Sequence record: PV991107.1
Length of the DNA stretch: 39,336 nucleotides
Direction: 5' to 3' (one strand)
Source of the DNA: a phage
The notes beneath the pieces were generated by a model. It made no database searches, had not been told where the DNA came from, and saw nothing but the letters and a program-made list of their open reading frames with translations. Of this stretch, positions 26,455 through 36,285 are shown piece after piece (position 1 is the first letter of the stretch; every line of letters begins with the position of its first letter). The position numbers were made by a program, and so were the translations under genes.

Positions 26455-27153
26455 ATGGCTAAAGAGCAACTGAAGACTTTCACCACTCCGGTAGCTGGTA
26501 TCGTTGAGCCTTACGCATGGCTGAACAAAGCAGACACTAAGTTTAACGAGCGTGGTGAGCATAAGGTTAACCTGACATTCGACCTGAGCAGCCCGAAGGT
26601 CCGTAAGATGATTGATGTCTTACAGAAGATTCACGACGATGCGTATGCGAAAGCACTTGCAGACCACGAGAAGAACCCACCTCAGGTTCAGCGTGGCAAG
26701 AAGCCTATTGAACCACGAGAAGGCGACATGCCGTGGATTGAGAATGGTGACGGTACTGTTACCATGAAGTTTAAATGCTTCGCGTCTTACCTGAAGGATG
26801 GTAAGTCAGAGCCTATCGTATTACGGTTCTACGACACCGATGCTAAGTTAATCCGTGACGTCCCGAATATTGGCGCTGGCTCCAAACTGAAGGTCAAGTT
26901 TAAAGTCCTTCCGTTCAAGTGGAACGCTGCGACTGGTGCAAGCGTTAAGCTCCAGCTTGAGTCCTGCCTTCTGGTAGAACTGAAGGAGTGGAAAGGCGAT
27001 GGTGCTGGTGGCGATGGTGGCTGGGGTGATGATGAAGACCTCGGTACTGGCTACAAAGCGTCAACCGATGGTGACTTCGGGTCTGACGACTTCAGTGACG
27101 ATGGTTGTGATGGCGATGACGACTCCAACTCTGGTGGCGATTACGACTTCTAA
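26455..27153 (+). CDS. Single-stranded DNA-binding protein (T7 gene 2.5 homolog)
   Basis: 232 aa (T7 gp2.5 232 aa); acidic C-terminal tail ending ..DDSNSGGDYDF (C-terminal Phe as in T7). Confidence 0.92.
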   Translation: MAKEQLKTFTTPVAGIVEPYAWLNKADTKFNERGEHKVNLTFDLSSPKVRKMIDVLQKIHDDAYAKALADHEKNPPQVQRGKKPIEPREGDMPWIENGDGTVTMKFKCFASYLKDGKSEPIVLRFYDTDAKLIRDVPNIGAGSKLKVKFKVLPFKWNAATGASVKLQLESCLLVELKEWKGDGAGGDGGWGDDEDLGTGYKASTDGDFGSDDFSDDGCDGDDDSNSGGDYDF

Positions 27154-27605
27154 TGGCCCAATGGTCTGCAAAACGGGGGCACTCTGTGGGTGCCTACCGC
27201 TCTGGACTTGAAGCCAAGAACCAGCAGTGGCTGGAACAGAACGGCGTCAAAGCGGAGTACGAAAGCCATTATATCAACTATGTGATTCCGGCTTCCGACC
27301 ACAAGTACACACCAGACTTTATCCTTCCTAACGGTATCATCGTGGAGACCAAAGGTATCTTCGATAGTGATGACCGTAAGAAGCACCTTCTGGTACGAGA
27401 ACAGCACCCAGAGTTAGACATTCGGTTCGTGTTCTCAAGTTCCCGCTCCAAGTTATACAAAGGGTCTCCGACCACGTATGGCGCATGGTGCGAAAAGAAC
27501 GGCTATAAGTATGCCGATAAGTTCATCCCGGTTGAGTGGCTTCGAGAGGCGACTGTACGTCTGCCTTCAGGTATCCTCATCCCCAAGAAGAAAGGAGTTA
27601 AGTGA
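27153..27605 (+). CDS. Endonuclease I, Holliday-junction resolvase (T7 gene 3 homolog)
   Basis: 150 aa; ..VIPAS.H.YTPDF.LPNGI.VETKG....DDRKKHLL.REQHPELDIR.VFSSS..KLYKGSPT.YG.. closely matches T7 endonuclease I. Confidence 0.95.
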   Translation: MAQWSAKRGHSVGAYRSGLEAKNQQWLEQNGVKAEYESHYINYVIPASDHKYTPDFILPNGIIVETKGIFDSDDRKKHLLVREQHPELDIRFVFSSSRSKLYKGSPTTYGAWCEKNGYKYADKFIPVEWLREATVRLPSGILIPKKKGVK

Positions 27606-28075
27606 TGACTCAGAAATATAGACTTAAAGTTAGCATCTACGGGTGGCCTAAAGGTACTATCGTCACAAAATGTGCGAAAGACCCTGTACCAGTGCCTGGA
27701 CTTGTTCTGGTGGAATCCACTGAGCGTGGCCTCTACAAGCACGGAGCAGCGGGGAATAACAGTCAGCCTGACGGAATGTGGGGGGCATGGGTTTCAAATG
27801 AATATCTTGAGGAAATTGTAGAGGATAAACCTCAAGTCCTGCCAGCCTCAAGCGTCCCTCCTGTCACCGTTAAACGTGAAGTCCTGACCATCGACAAGAT
27901 TGGTGTAGGCCAGACGTTCATCGTCCACGGGAAGCCTGAAGAAGTTTACGTGAAGATTAGCAACTCACACGTCTTCAACCATAAGCGTCTCCAGATGCAC
28001 ACCACGGACGCACAGCGCTTCACCCAGCACCTGAATCTAGTGGTCGTAGAATTGGTGGTGTACAATGGTAAGTAA
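27602..28075 (+). CDS. Hypothetical protein (157 aa) inserted between endonuclease I and amidase
   Basis: ORF track; ATGA-coupled to gene 3; 157 stop-free codons; no T7 gene at this position. Confidence 0.55.
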   Translation: MMTQKYRLKVSIYGWPKGTIVTKCAKDPVPVPGLVLVESTERGLYKHGAAGNNSQPDGMWGAWVSNEYLEEIVEDKPQVLPASSVPPVTVKREVLTIDKIGVGQTFIVHGKPEEVYVKISNSHVFNHKRLQMHTTDAQRFTQHLNLVVVELVVYNGK

Positions 28076-28523
28076 GGTACAGTTCAACCCACGGTCCCGG
28101 ACTGACGCTATCTTCGTTCACTGTTCGGCTACCAAGCCAGAGATGGACATCGGGGTAGAGACCATCCGTATGTGGCACAAGCAGCAAGGATGGCTGGACG
28201 TAGGCTACCACTTTATCATCAAACGTGATGGCACTGTGGAAGAGGGTCGCCCGGTCAATGTCGTAGGGTCACACGTTAAGGACTGGAACTCCAAGTCCGT
28301 AGGCGTCTGCCTTGTAGGTGGAATTGACGCTAAGGGCAAGTTTGAAGCTAACTTCACTCCGGCCCAGATGAATTCACTGCGCAACAAGCTGGCTGACCTG
28401 AAGGCCCTGTATCCTCAGGCAGAAATAAAAGCACACCATGATGTAGCACCTAAGGCGTGTCCAAGTTTCGACTTGCAGCGCTGGCTATCTACCAATGAAC
28501 TGGTAACTTCCGACCGTGGTTAA
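28065..28523 (+). CDS. N-acetylmuramoyl-L-alanine amidase / T7 lysozyme (gene 3.5 homolog)
   Basis: 152 aa; ..TDAIFVHCSATKP...WHK.QGWLDVGYHFIIKRDGTVE.GR...VGSH.K..N..S.GVCLVGGID.KGKF.ANFTPAQM.SLR......AHH.VAPKACPSFDL.RW...NELVTSDRG nearly collinear with T7 gp3.5. Confidence 0.95.
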   Translation: MVSKVQFNPRSRTDAIFVHCSATKPEMDIGVETIRMWHKQQGWLDVGYHFIIKRDGTVEEGRPVNVVGSHVKDWNSKSVGVCLVGGIDAKGKFEANFTPAQMNSLRNKLADLKALYPQAEIKAHHDVAPKACPSFDLQRWLSTNELVTSDRG

Positions 28524-28547
28524 TAAACTCTAAAGGAGAACAACTCA

Positions 28548-28763
28548 ATGATTAAACTTATCGAATTTCTTGGTCGTCTGGTGGTGCGTGGTTATCGTCG
28601 TGCTGCGGTTATGGAACGAAAGGTAGAAAAGAAGACTGCTGACAGTGCGGCTGATGCAGCTGCTCTGGCTGACAAGCTGACCATCGCGTCACTGGAAGCT
28701 GGCATGAAGGCACGTCAAGCTGACACCAAAGCTGACCAGTTGGCTCAGTTCTTCAAAGCCTAA
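28548..28763 (+). CDS. Hypothetical Ala-rich coiled-coil protein (71 aa; T7 gene 3.8 position but not HNH-like)
   Basis: ORF track; SD AAGGAG; no HNH motifs. Confidence 0.45.
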   Translation: MIKLIEFLGRLVVRGYRRAAVMERKVEKKTADSAADAAALADKLTIASLEAGMKARQADTKADQLAQFFKA

Positions 28764-28781
28764 ACTATCACCTTAGGGATG
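28759..28781 (+). promoter_or_regulatory. Degenerate phage promoter-like site before gene 4 (CC-T at -4/-3)
   Basis: CCTAAACTATCACCTTAGGGATG; upstream half perfect, TATA element altered. Confidence 0.35.
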
Positions 28782-28808
28782 GGACAATAAGTCCTGTCCC
28801 TTTGTTCG
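28781..28808 (+). other. Hairpin plus U-tract at the 5' end of the gene 4 leader
   Basis: GGGACA-ATAAGTCC-TGTCCC followed by TTTGTTCG. Confidence 0.4.
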
Positions 28809-28828
28809 CATTCGTGATTAAGGAGTGA

Positions 28829-30532
<1,704 letters not shown>

Positions 30533-30543
30533 GGAGGAGTACA

Positions 30544-30708
30544 TTGCTAAGAAAACTTAAAGCTCGCTACCATCGGTTCATGTACAAATGGTGGAGTGAT
30601 GAAGCAACCTGCCTGTCCAACATTCTGGGAGACCAGAGGTTCGACTCTAAGGCATGGAAGAAAGCTAACCGGAAGTTTATGTATCACTTCTTGCGTACAG
30701 ACTTCTAG
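30544..30708 (+). CDS. Small basic hypothetical protein (about 54 aa, TTG start) between primase-helicase and DNA polymerase
   Basis: ORF-track frame 30511-30708 begins inside gene 4; trimmed to TTG preceded by AAGGAGG. Confidence 0.3.
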   Translation: MLRKLKARYHRFMYKWWSDEATCLSNILGDQRFDSKAWKKANRKFMYHFLRTDF

Positions 30709-30711
30709 GTC

Positions 30712-30754
30712 TAGACTCAAGGTCATTCACATCGAGTGGCCTTTATGATTAGAC
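30712..30754 (+). promoter_or_regulatory. RNase III-like processing hairpin (R4.7-like)
   Basis: TAGACTCAAGGTCATTCACATCGAGTGGCCTTTATGATTAGAC. Confidence 0.5.
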
Positions 30755-30771
30755 TAAACGGAGGATTAACC

Positions 30772-32943
30772 ATGTTTGACCTTAAGAGTATCTGGGGTTC
30801 TGACATAGAGACCAACGGTCTCCTTGATACAGTCTCCCAGTTTCACTGTGGGGTCCTGATTAACGCCGAGTCGAATGAGACCCTTAAGTATGGGGTAGCT
30901 CCGATGGTCGGTATCGTCGGTGGCTTCAAAGAGTATGTACAGAAGGTGGAAGAGATTGCCGCATCACCTGATGGTATGCTGGTATTCCACAACGGTATCA
31001 ACTATGACGTCCCGGCTATTGACAAGCTAAAGCGTCTGTACTTTGGGAAACGCTTTAACTTCCCGAAACACAAGATGATTGATACCTTGGTGCTGGGCCG
31101 CTTGATGTATCCCAACATTAAGTTCTCAGACATGGGAGCAGTGAAAGCTGGTCGTCTGCCACCTAAGATGATGGGACGCCAGTCTCTTGAGGCTTGGGGC
31201 TATCGTCTCGGTGAGATGAAAGGTGAGTACAAACACGATTACGTTGCCAAGTGCAAGGCTGAAGGTATCGAATATAAGGCTGGGGACGAATGGTTGTTCC
31301 CGTCTCAGGAGATGCTGGACTATAACGTTCAAGACGTTGTGGTCACACTGGCGTTGTTCAAGAAGTTCCTGACTGACAAGTATTACTTCCAGTCTGAACA
31401 GTTTGCTTTCGACCAGATTTATGCGTTGCGTCTGGAACATGATGCTGCGTGGATCTGTGCGAAGATGGAGCGTAACGGCTATCCGATGAACACCGAGATG
31501 GTCGAAGGCTTATATCGTGAACTCACCGTCAAACGTGCAGAGTTGTTGGACAAGCTGCGTTCGACTTTCGGTAGCTGGTATGCACCAAAGGGAGGCAAGG
31601 AGTTCTTCAAGCACCCACGGACAGGCAAGGACCTTCCGAAGTATCCGCGAGTCGTGTATCCTAAGGTCGGGTCAGTATTCAAGAAGCCGAAGAACAAAGC
31701 TCAACGCTTAGGTCTGGAGCCTTGCGAGTTCGACTCACGAGACACGATGGAAGGAGCACCGTTCACGCCAATCACTTACGTTGAGTTTAATCCGGGAAGC
31801 GGAGACCACTTAGCGAAAGTCTTGATGGAGCGTGGTTGGGAGCCTGTGGACTTCACTGACACTGGGAAACCTGTAGTCGATGACGAGACGTTAGAACACG
31901 TTAAGCTACCAGACGCAGAGGCTCAGGCTTGCGTAGAGCTGGTCCGTGAGTATCTGGTAGTCCAGAAGCGCATCGGTCAGGCGGCTGAAGGTAAGAACGC
32001 ATGGTTGAAACTTGTAGGTCCAGACGGACGTATGCATGGTTCAATCAACCCATGCGGGGCAGTAACCGGACGTGCGACTCATAGTTCACCAAACATGGCT
32101 CAGGTCCCTGCTAACGGTGCTCCGTATGGTGAGATTTGCCGTGGTGCTTTCGGTGCAGCTTGGAACAAGACGGATGGTAAGCCAGACCCTTGGATTCAAG
32201 TGGGTGTGGATGCTTCAGGTCTTGAGCTTCGTTGTCTGGGGAACCGAGCAGCTCCGTTTGATGGTGGTGCCTATGCGAAGACTGTGGTCGAAGGTGACAT
32301 CCACTGGGCCAACGCAGTAAACGCTGGTTTAGCACCTAATGTCCCACGAGATAAGTTGAACCACGACCATGATGCTTTCCGTAACAACGCTAAGACGTTC
32401 ATCTATGCGTTCCTGTATGGTGCAGGGGCCGCTAAGATTGGACTAATAGTCGGCGGTGGCAAGAAGGAAGGTTCAGCTCTCATGAAGAAATTCATTGAGG
32501 GCACACCAGCCATCAAGGACCTCAGGGAAGCTGTGAGTAATACGTTAATCTCAGACTCTAAGTGGGTGGACGGAGAGAACATCGTTAAGTGGAAACGCCG
32601 TTGGTTGCGTGGACTTGATGGTCGCCGTATCCACATCCGGTCTCCACACTCAGCACTAAACGCATTACTTCAAGGCGACGGTGCGGTAGTCTGTAAGCAC
32701 TGGATTGTCGAGACTGAACGTATGCTTGAAGAGGCAGGGTATGTTCACGGCTGGGAAGGAGACTTTGCGTACATGGCATGGGTTCACGACGAATTGCAGA
32801 TTGCGTGCCGTACTCAGGAGATTGCCGAAGAAGTCGTCAAGATCGCTCAACTTGCTATGCGTAAGGTGGGTGAGTTCTATAACTTTAAATGTGTCCTTGA
32901 TACCGAAGGTAAGATTGGACCAACGTGGAAGGAGTGTCACTAA
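30772..32943 (+). CDS. DNA polymerase (T7 gene 5 homolog)
   Basis: ORF-track frame 30736-32943 trimmed to ATG after GGAGG; MFDLKSIWGSDIETNGL.., ..VFHNG..YDVPA.., ..LEAWGYRLGEMKGEYK.., ..KTFIY.FLYGAG.., ..YMAWVHDE.Q.. match T7 DNAP. Confidence 0.97.
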   Translation: MFDLKSIWGSDIETNGLLDTVSQFHCGVLINAESNETLKYGVAPMVGIVGGFKEYVQKVEEIAASPDGMLVFHNGINYDVPAIDKLKRLYFGKRFNFPKHKMIDTLVLGRLMYPNIKFSDMGAVKAGRLPPKMMGRQSLEAWGYRLGEMKGEYKHDYVAKCKAEGIEYKAGDEWLFPSQEMLDYNVQDVVVTLALFKKFLTDKYYFQSEQFAFDQIYALRLEHDAAWICAKMERNGYPMNTEMVEGLYRELTVKRAELLDKLRSTFGSWYAPKGGKEFFKHPRTGKDLPKYPRVVYPKVGSVFKKPKNKAQRLGLEPCEFDSRDTMEGAPFTPITYVEFNPGSGDHLAKVLMERGWEPVDFTDTGKPVVDDETLEHVKLPDAEAQACVELVREYLVVQKRIGQAAEGKNAWLKLVGPDGRMHGSINPCGAVTGRATHSSPNMAQVPANGAPYGEICRGAFGAAWNKTDGKPDPWIQVGVDASGLELRCLGNRAAPFDGGAYAKTVVEGDIHWANAVNAGLAPNVPRDKLNHDHDAFRNNAKTFIYAFLYGAGAAKIGLIVGGGKKEGSALMKKFIEGTPAIKDLREAVSNTLISDSKWVDGENIVKWKRRWLRGLDGRRIHIRSPHSALNALLQGDGAVVCKHWIVETERMLEEAGYVHGWEGDFAYMAWVHDELQIACRTQEIAEEVVKIAQLAMRKVGEFYNFKCVLDTEGKIGPTWKECH

Positions 32944-33101
32944 TGGCTAAAACTTATAGTGAGCAGGAGGTCAAAGACCTGATGCGGTCAGCTTGGTGGT
33001 GTGGACACGAGGAGTCTCGTTATAGTCCAAACCTCAGTGGACAGTGCAGTCGAGACATTCGTGAAATTCTGAAAGAACATAACGAAGAAGGAGAAGACTA
33101 A
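32943..33101 (+). CDS. Small hypothetical protein (52 aa), ATGA/TAATG-coupled
   Basis: MAKTYSEQEVKDLMRSAWWCGHEES..; hand-placed. Confidence 0.35.
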   Translation: MAKTYSEQEVKDLMRSAWWCGHEESRYSPNLSGQCSRDIREILKEHNEEGED

Positions 33102-33385
33102 TGGCTATTACTAAACGTATTCGTGTGAGTTTTGACCTGAAGATGGTTGTTAGCTCAAAGAGAGAAGAGACAGTGTGTCGCCAACTGGCTGAGATGACTA
33201 AAGCCTACGCTGATGGTGAGAAGCTGGATGGGCTTCAGATGGCTATGGTCAAAGCAGCAATAGAGTCAGGCCCTGAGTCTGCCATTGAAATTGTCACCAA
33301 GAAGATCATCAAGGAGGAGCTGGTAGACGCCTTTGGTGAGGGTCAGTCCGGTGTGTCCAACCTGCGATTCGAGGTCAAGCAATGA
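33101..33385 (+). CDS. Gene 5.5-like protein (94 aa)
   Basis: ORF track; position and size; N-terminus MAITKRIRVSFD. Confidence 0.5.
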   Translation: MAITKRIRVSFDLKMVVSSKREETVCRQLAEMTKAYADGEKLDGLQMAMVKAAIESGPESAIEIVTKKIIKEELVDAFGEGQSGVSNLRFEVKQ

Positions 33386-33591
33386 GTGAATACTTACGGG
33401 TCCTAGCGGCCCTTAAGTCCTGCCCGAAGACATTCCAGTCCAACTATGTGCGAAACAACGCTGCACTTGTGGCTGAGGCTGCGAGTCGTGGACATCTAAG
33501 CTGCCTGTCTATGGATGGGCGTAACAACGGTGCGTGGGAGATTACCGCTGCTGGCACCAAGTTCCTGAACCAACACGGAGGCTGTCTGTGA
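33382..33591 (+). CDS. Gene 5.7-like protein (69 aa)
   Basis: MSEYLRVLAALKSCPKTFQSNYVRNNAALVAEAASRGHLSCL...GAWEITAAGTKFL resembles T7 gp5.7 (69 aa) as recalled. Confidence 0.65.
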   Translation: MSEYLRVLAALKSCPKTFQSNYVRNNAALVAEAASRGHLSCLSMDGRNNGAWEITAAGTKFLNQHGGCL

Positions 33592-34037
33592 AGATACCTG
33601 AAAGTCTGAAAGAGCTTGTCCTTGAAATGGGTGAATTCGATAAGGAGCACCGCAAGTACGGTGAGTTCTACGCATCTTGGTCATTCACCCTGACTGAGAA
33701 GGACGTTGAGGCCTACGCCGAGTCTCCCGCTGAGGTTTATGAGTGGCGTCCGTTCATCGGACTGACCATCGTAGCTAGCGGTATGTGGGATGACAGATAC
33801 GGCTCAGAGGTAAACGACTGGGACGTGTACCGCCAAGTTGAGAAGGAGACCGAAATGTCTTCCAACTTCTGGAGCCTGATGTCCCGCCTCAACTCAGATG
33901 ACAACGACATGGCCCATGAGTTCGCCAGCAAATGGCTGAAGCCTGAGGTGACTCTGGAACGTATTGAGGAGCCTAAAGTTCCCTTGATGCCATATGCAGT
34001 CGCTATGGCTACAGGAGGTCTGGACGATGGGTGCTGA
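33588..34037 (+). CDS. Hypothetical acidic protein (about 149 aa, GTG start) where T7 has the 52-aa gp5.9
   Basis: ORF-track frame 33534-34037; GTG preceded by GGAGG; overlaps gene 6 start by about 44 nt. Confidence 0.45.
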   Translation: MKIPESLKELVLEMGEFDKEHRKYGEFYASWSFTLTEKDVEAYAESPAEVYEWRPFIGLTIVASGMWDDRYGSEVNDWDVYRQVEKETEMSSNFWSLMSRLNSDDNDMAHEFASKWLKPEVTLERIEEPKVPLMPYAVAMATGGLDDGC

Positions 34038-34896
34038 GAAGAAGATAGCTCTTGTTCTTGATGGCGATTACCTAGTATTCTCTTCTATGGCTGCTGCCGA
34101 GGACGAGACAGACTGGGGTGATGACATCTGGACCCTTATCTGCGACCATGCAAAGGCTCGTCGTATCCTTGAGAACACCATCGCTGAAATCGTTAAGAAG
34201 CGCAAGGCGTGGAAAGACGCTAAGATTGTGATGTGCTTTACTGACGATAATAACTGGCGTAAGGACGTACTTCCTACCTATAAGGCTAACCGTAAGGGTT
34301 CTCGCAAGCCTGTAGGTTACAAGAAGTTCGTAGCCGAAGTGATGGCTGACCCACGGTTCAACAGCTTCCTGCGTCCCACGCTTGAGGGTGATGACTGTAT
34401 GGGTATCATCGGGACCAGACCTCAGATTGTCGGATGTGACCATGCGGTTCTGGTGTCCTGTGATAAGGACTTCAAGACCATCCCGAACTGTGAGTTCTTC
34501 TGGTTAACCACTGGTGAAATCCTGAGTCATACGACTGCTGAGGCAGACTACTGGCACATGGAGCAGACCATCAAGGGAGATACTACAGATGGCTACGGTG
34601 GCATTCCTGGAATGGGTGAGGACACCACTCGTGTGTTCCTTGACGAGCCGTACTACTTCGTGCAGGAGAGCCGTGAGCTTAAGACTGGCAAGAACAAAGG
34701 CCAGATTAAGACTGAGTGGAAGAAGTATCCGAAGCGTGAAGGCATGACGCTGTGGGACTGCATGGTTACACTGGCTGCTAAGGCTGGCATGACCGAGGAG
34801 GAACTTCTGGTCCAAGCTCAGGTCGCTCGTATTTGTCGAGCATCTGACTATGACCCTAAGTCCAAGGAGGTCATCCTATGGACACCACCCATGTAA
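33994..34896 (+). CDS. 5'-3' exonuclease (T7 gene 6 homolog)
   Basis: 300 aa (T7 gp6 300 aa); ..LVLDGDYLVF..CDHAKAR.ILE..FTD..NWRK...YKANRK...KPVGY..SCDKDFKTIPNC.F.W.TTG.IL..T...WH...TIKGD.TDGY.GI.G.GE.. matches T7 gp6. Confidence 0.95.
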   Translation: MQSLWLQEVWTMGAEKKIALVLDGDYLVFSSMAAAEDETDWGDDIWTLICDHAKARRILENTIAEIVKKRKAWKDAKIVMCFTDDNNWRKDVLPTYKANRKGSRKPVGYKKFVAEVMADPRFNSFLRPTLEGDDCMGIIGTRPQIVGCDHAVLVSCDKDFKTIPNCEFFWLTTGEILSHTTAEADYWHMEQTIKGDTTDGYGGIPGMGEDTTRVFLDEPYYFVQESRELKTGKNKGQIKTEWKKYPKREGMTLWDCMVTLAAKAGMTEEELLVQAQVARICRASDYDPKSKEVILWTPPM

Positions 34897-34970
34897 TTTA
34901 CTGGGTCGGACTTCTTGCCCTTTACTGCATGTACAAGTGGTTCGGGTCGAACAACCGTCCTAAACACTGA
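34878..34970 (+). CDS. Small hydrophobic peptide (30 aa; gene 6.3-like position)
   Basis: AAGGAGG - 7 nt - ATG; MDTTHVIYWVGLLALYCMYKWFGSNNRPKH; hand-placed. Confidence 0.3.
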   Translation: MDTTHVIYWVGLLALYCMYKWFGSNNRPKH

Positions 34971-35022
34971 GTCTAACCGATAGTCATATCCTATCAATCC
35001 AACAGTCATCCATAGGTGAAAC

Positions 35023-35045
35023 ACTAAACTATCACTATAGGGACT
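35023..35045 (+). promoter_or_regulatory. Phage RNAP promoter (phi6.5-like)
   Basis: ACTAAACTATCACTATAGGGACT. Confidence 0.8.
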
Positions 35046-35106
35046 TTAGGACCTAAGATATGACTATAAGATAGACTTTAGTCTTAACTTAAAGAGGAGA
35101 TTCAAG

Positions 35107-35379
35107 ATGGCGATTAATGCTATTGAAAACGTTGTTAAGCAGTTACAGGAAGAAAGACTTGATGTCCCGAACATCTCACAGTCTGCTATCCAGTTCCTGC
35201 ACGTATTGTTCAACGCAAGCTACGCTGAGAAGATGGGAGCTATCAGTCTCCTCAAGCAGCAAGGCTACAGCGATGCGTTCATTGCCGGGTTCATCAAGGG
35301 TCTCCAGTATTGTTCTGACACTCTCGACTCTGCGATTGCTATGCGTCGTGAGCTGAAAGATACCGTTCAGTTTGATTAA
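35107..35379 (+). CDS. Gene 6.5-like protein (90 aa)
   Basis: ORF track; SD AGAGGAG; position. Confidence 0.55.
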   Translation: MAINAIENVVKQLQEERLDVPNISQSAIQFLHVLFNASYAEKMGAISLLKQQGYSDAFIAGFIKGLQYCSDTLDSAIAMRRELKDTVQFD

Positions 35380-35393
35380 CTGTAGGAGGGACT

Positions 35394-35618
35394 ATGTGTT
35401 TCAGTCCGAAGATTAGCACTCCGAAGCCTTCGGTCCAAGCACCTGAACCAGCACCTCTGAGTGAGGAAGTTGCGTCAGTTGACATCGGGGCTGAATCGGA
35501 TGTGGACACCAACGAGACCAAAGGTATCAAAGACCTGAAGGTCAAGAAGGAGTCTGCACCTAAAGATAAATCGTCAGTTAGCCGCGCCATGCGAGCCTCT
35601 GGCGTCAACATGGGGTAA
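35394..35618 (+). CDS. Gene 6.7-like virion protein (74 aa)
   Basis: MCFSPKISTPK...APEPAPLSEEV.. resembles T7 gp6.7 N-terminus as recalled. Confidence 0.65.
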   Translation: MCFSPKISTPKPSVQAPEPAPLSEEVASVDIGAESDVDTNETKGIKDLKVKKESAPKDKSSVSRAMRASGVNMG

Positions 35619-35622
35619 GACA

Positions 35623-36027
35623 ATGCTACCATATCTCAACTCACGCGAAGGTCGCCACATGTGCGCTTGTCGCCTCTGGGAAGACGGGCAGTCTAACTTC
35701 AAGTCATTTGAGGACTTCAAGGCTCATACTTACCGTATGGCTGACGAGTTCGATGGTGAAGAGTACACAATCTACGATGTCTCAGGCCAACCAGTAGCGT
35801 ATCTCTACATGCTGGCTACCGCATCTTGGCACCGACCGACTCCCGGTCTTGACCTTTCAATCGTCGCTATTCGTCGTGACTCGCAGTCCTCCCGCAAGGT
35901 TCTTGAGACTGTCAGGCACATCATAGACGAAGAGTGCAAGCGTTGGGGTCTTTGCTGGTATTCTCGTGTCAAGCATGTTTCCGGGTCGGTAGACATCGTA
36001 ACAACTAAGGAGATTAACCGTGGGTAA
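35623..36027 (+). CDS. Gene 7-like protein (134 aa)
   Basis: ORF track; size close to T7 gp7 (133 aa); position. Confidence 0.5.
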   Translation: MLPYLNSREGRHMCACRLWEDGQSNFKSFEDFKAHTYRMADEFDGEEYTIYDVSGQPVAYLYMLATASWHRPTPGLDLSIVAIRRDSQSSRKVLETVRHIIDEECKRWGLCWYSRVKHVSGSVDIVTTKEINRG

Positions 36028-36274
36028 ATCAATCAGTAAAGCTTTCAAGAAAGTAGTAAAAGGTACGTTAGGGGCAGTTGGTCTTGGAGCTGATGATGCA
36101 CCTAAAGTTGTTGAGGCTCAGACCCCAGCACCAGCAGCACCAGTGGAAGTACCGAACGACAAAGTGGAGGATGTGGATACTGAAGCTACTGCATCTGACG
36201 AGAAGAAAGTGAAGCGTTCCGGTAAGCGTAGCCTTCAGGTCTCTCGCACCTCTGGTGGTGGTATTTCTATTTAA
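36020..36274 (+). CDS. Gene 7.3-like virion protein (84 aa)
   Basis: MGK...K..KKV.K...; C-terminus ..GKRSLQVSRTSGGGISI resembles T7 gp7.3 ..SLSVARSSGGGINI. Confidence 0.65.
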   Translation: MGKSISKAFKKVVKGTLGAVGLGADDAPKVVEAQTPAPAAPVEVPNDKVEDVDTEATASDEKKVKRSGKRSLQVSRTSGGGISI

Positions 36275-36285
36275 GGAGGTGACGA

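Noticed and set aside
32946-32968. Reverse-strand sequence CTGCTCACTATAAGTTTTAGCC resembling a T7-type promoter core
   Set aside because: It has T7-like CTCACTATA rather than this phage's ATCACTATAGG, lacks the GG at +1/+2, points antisense, and lies inside a coding region; judged coincidental
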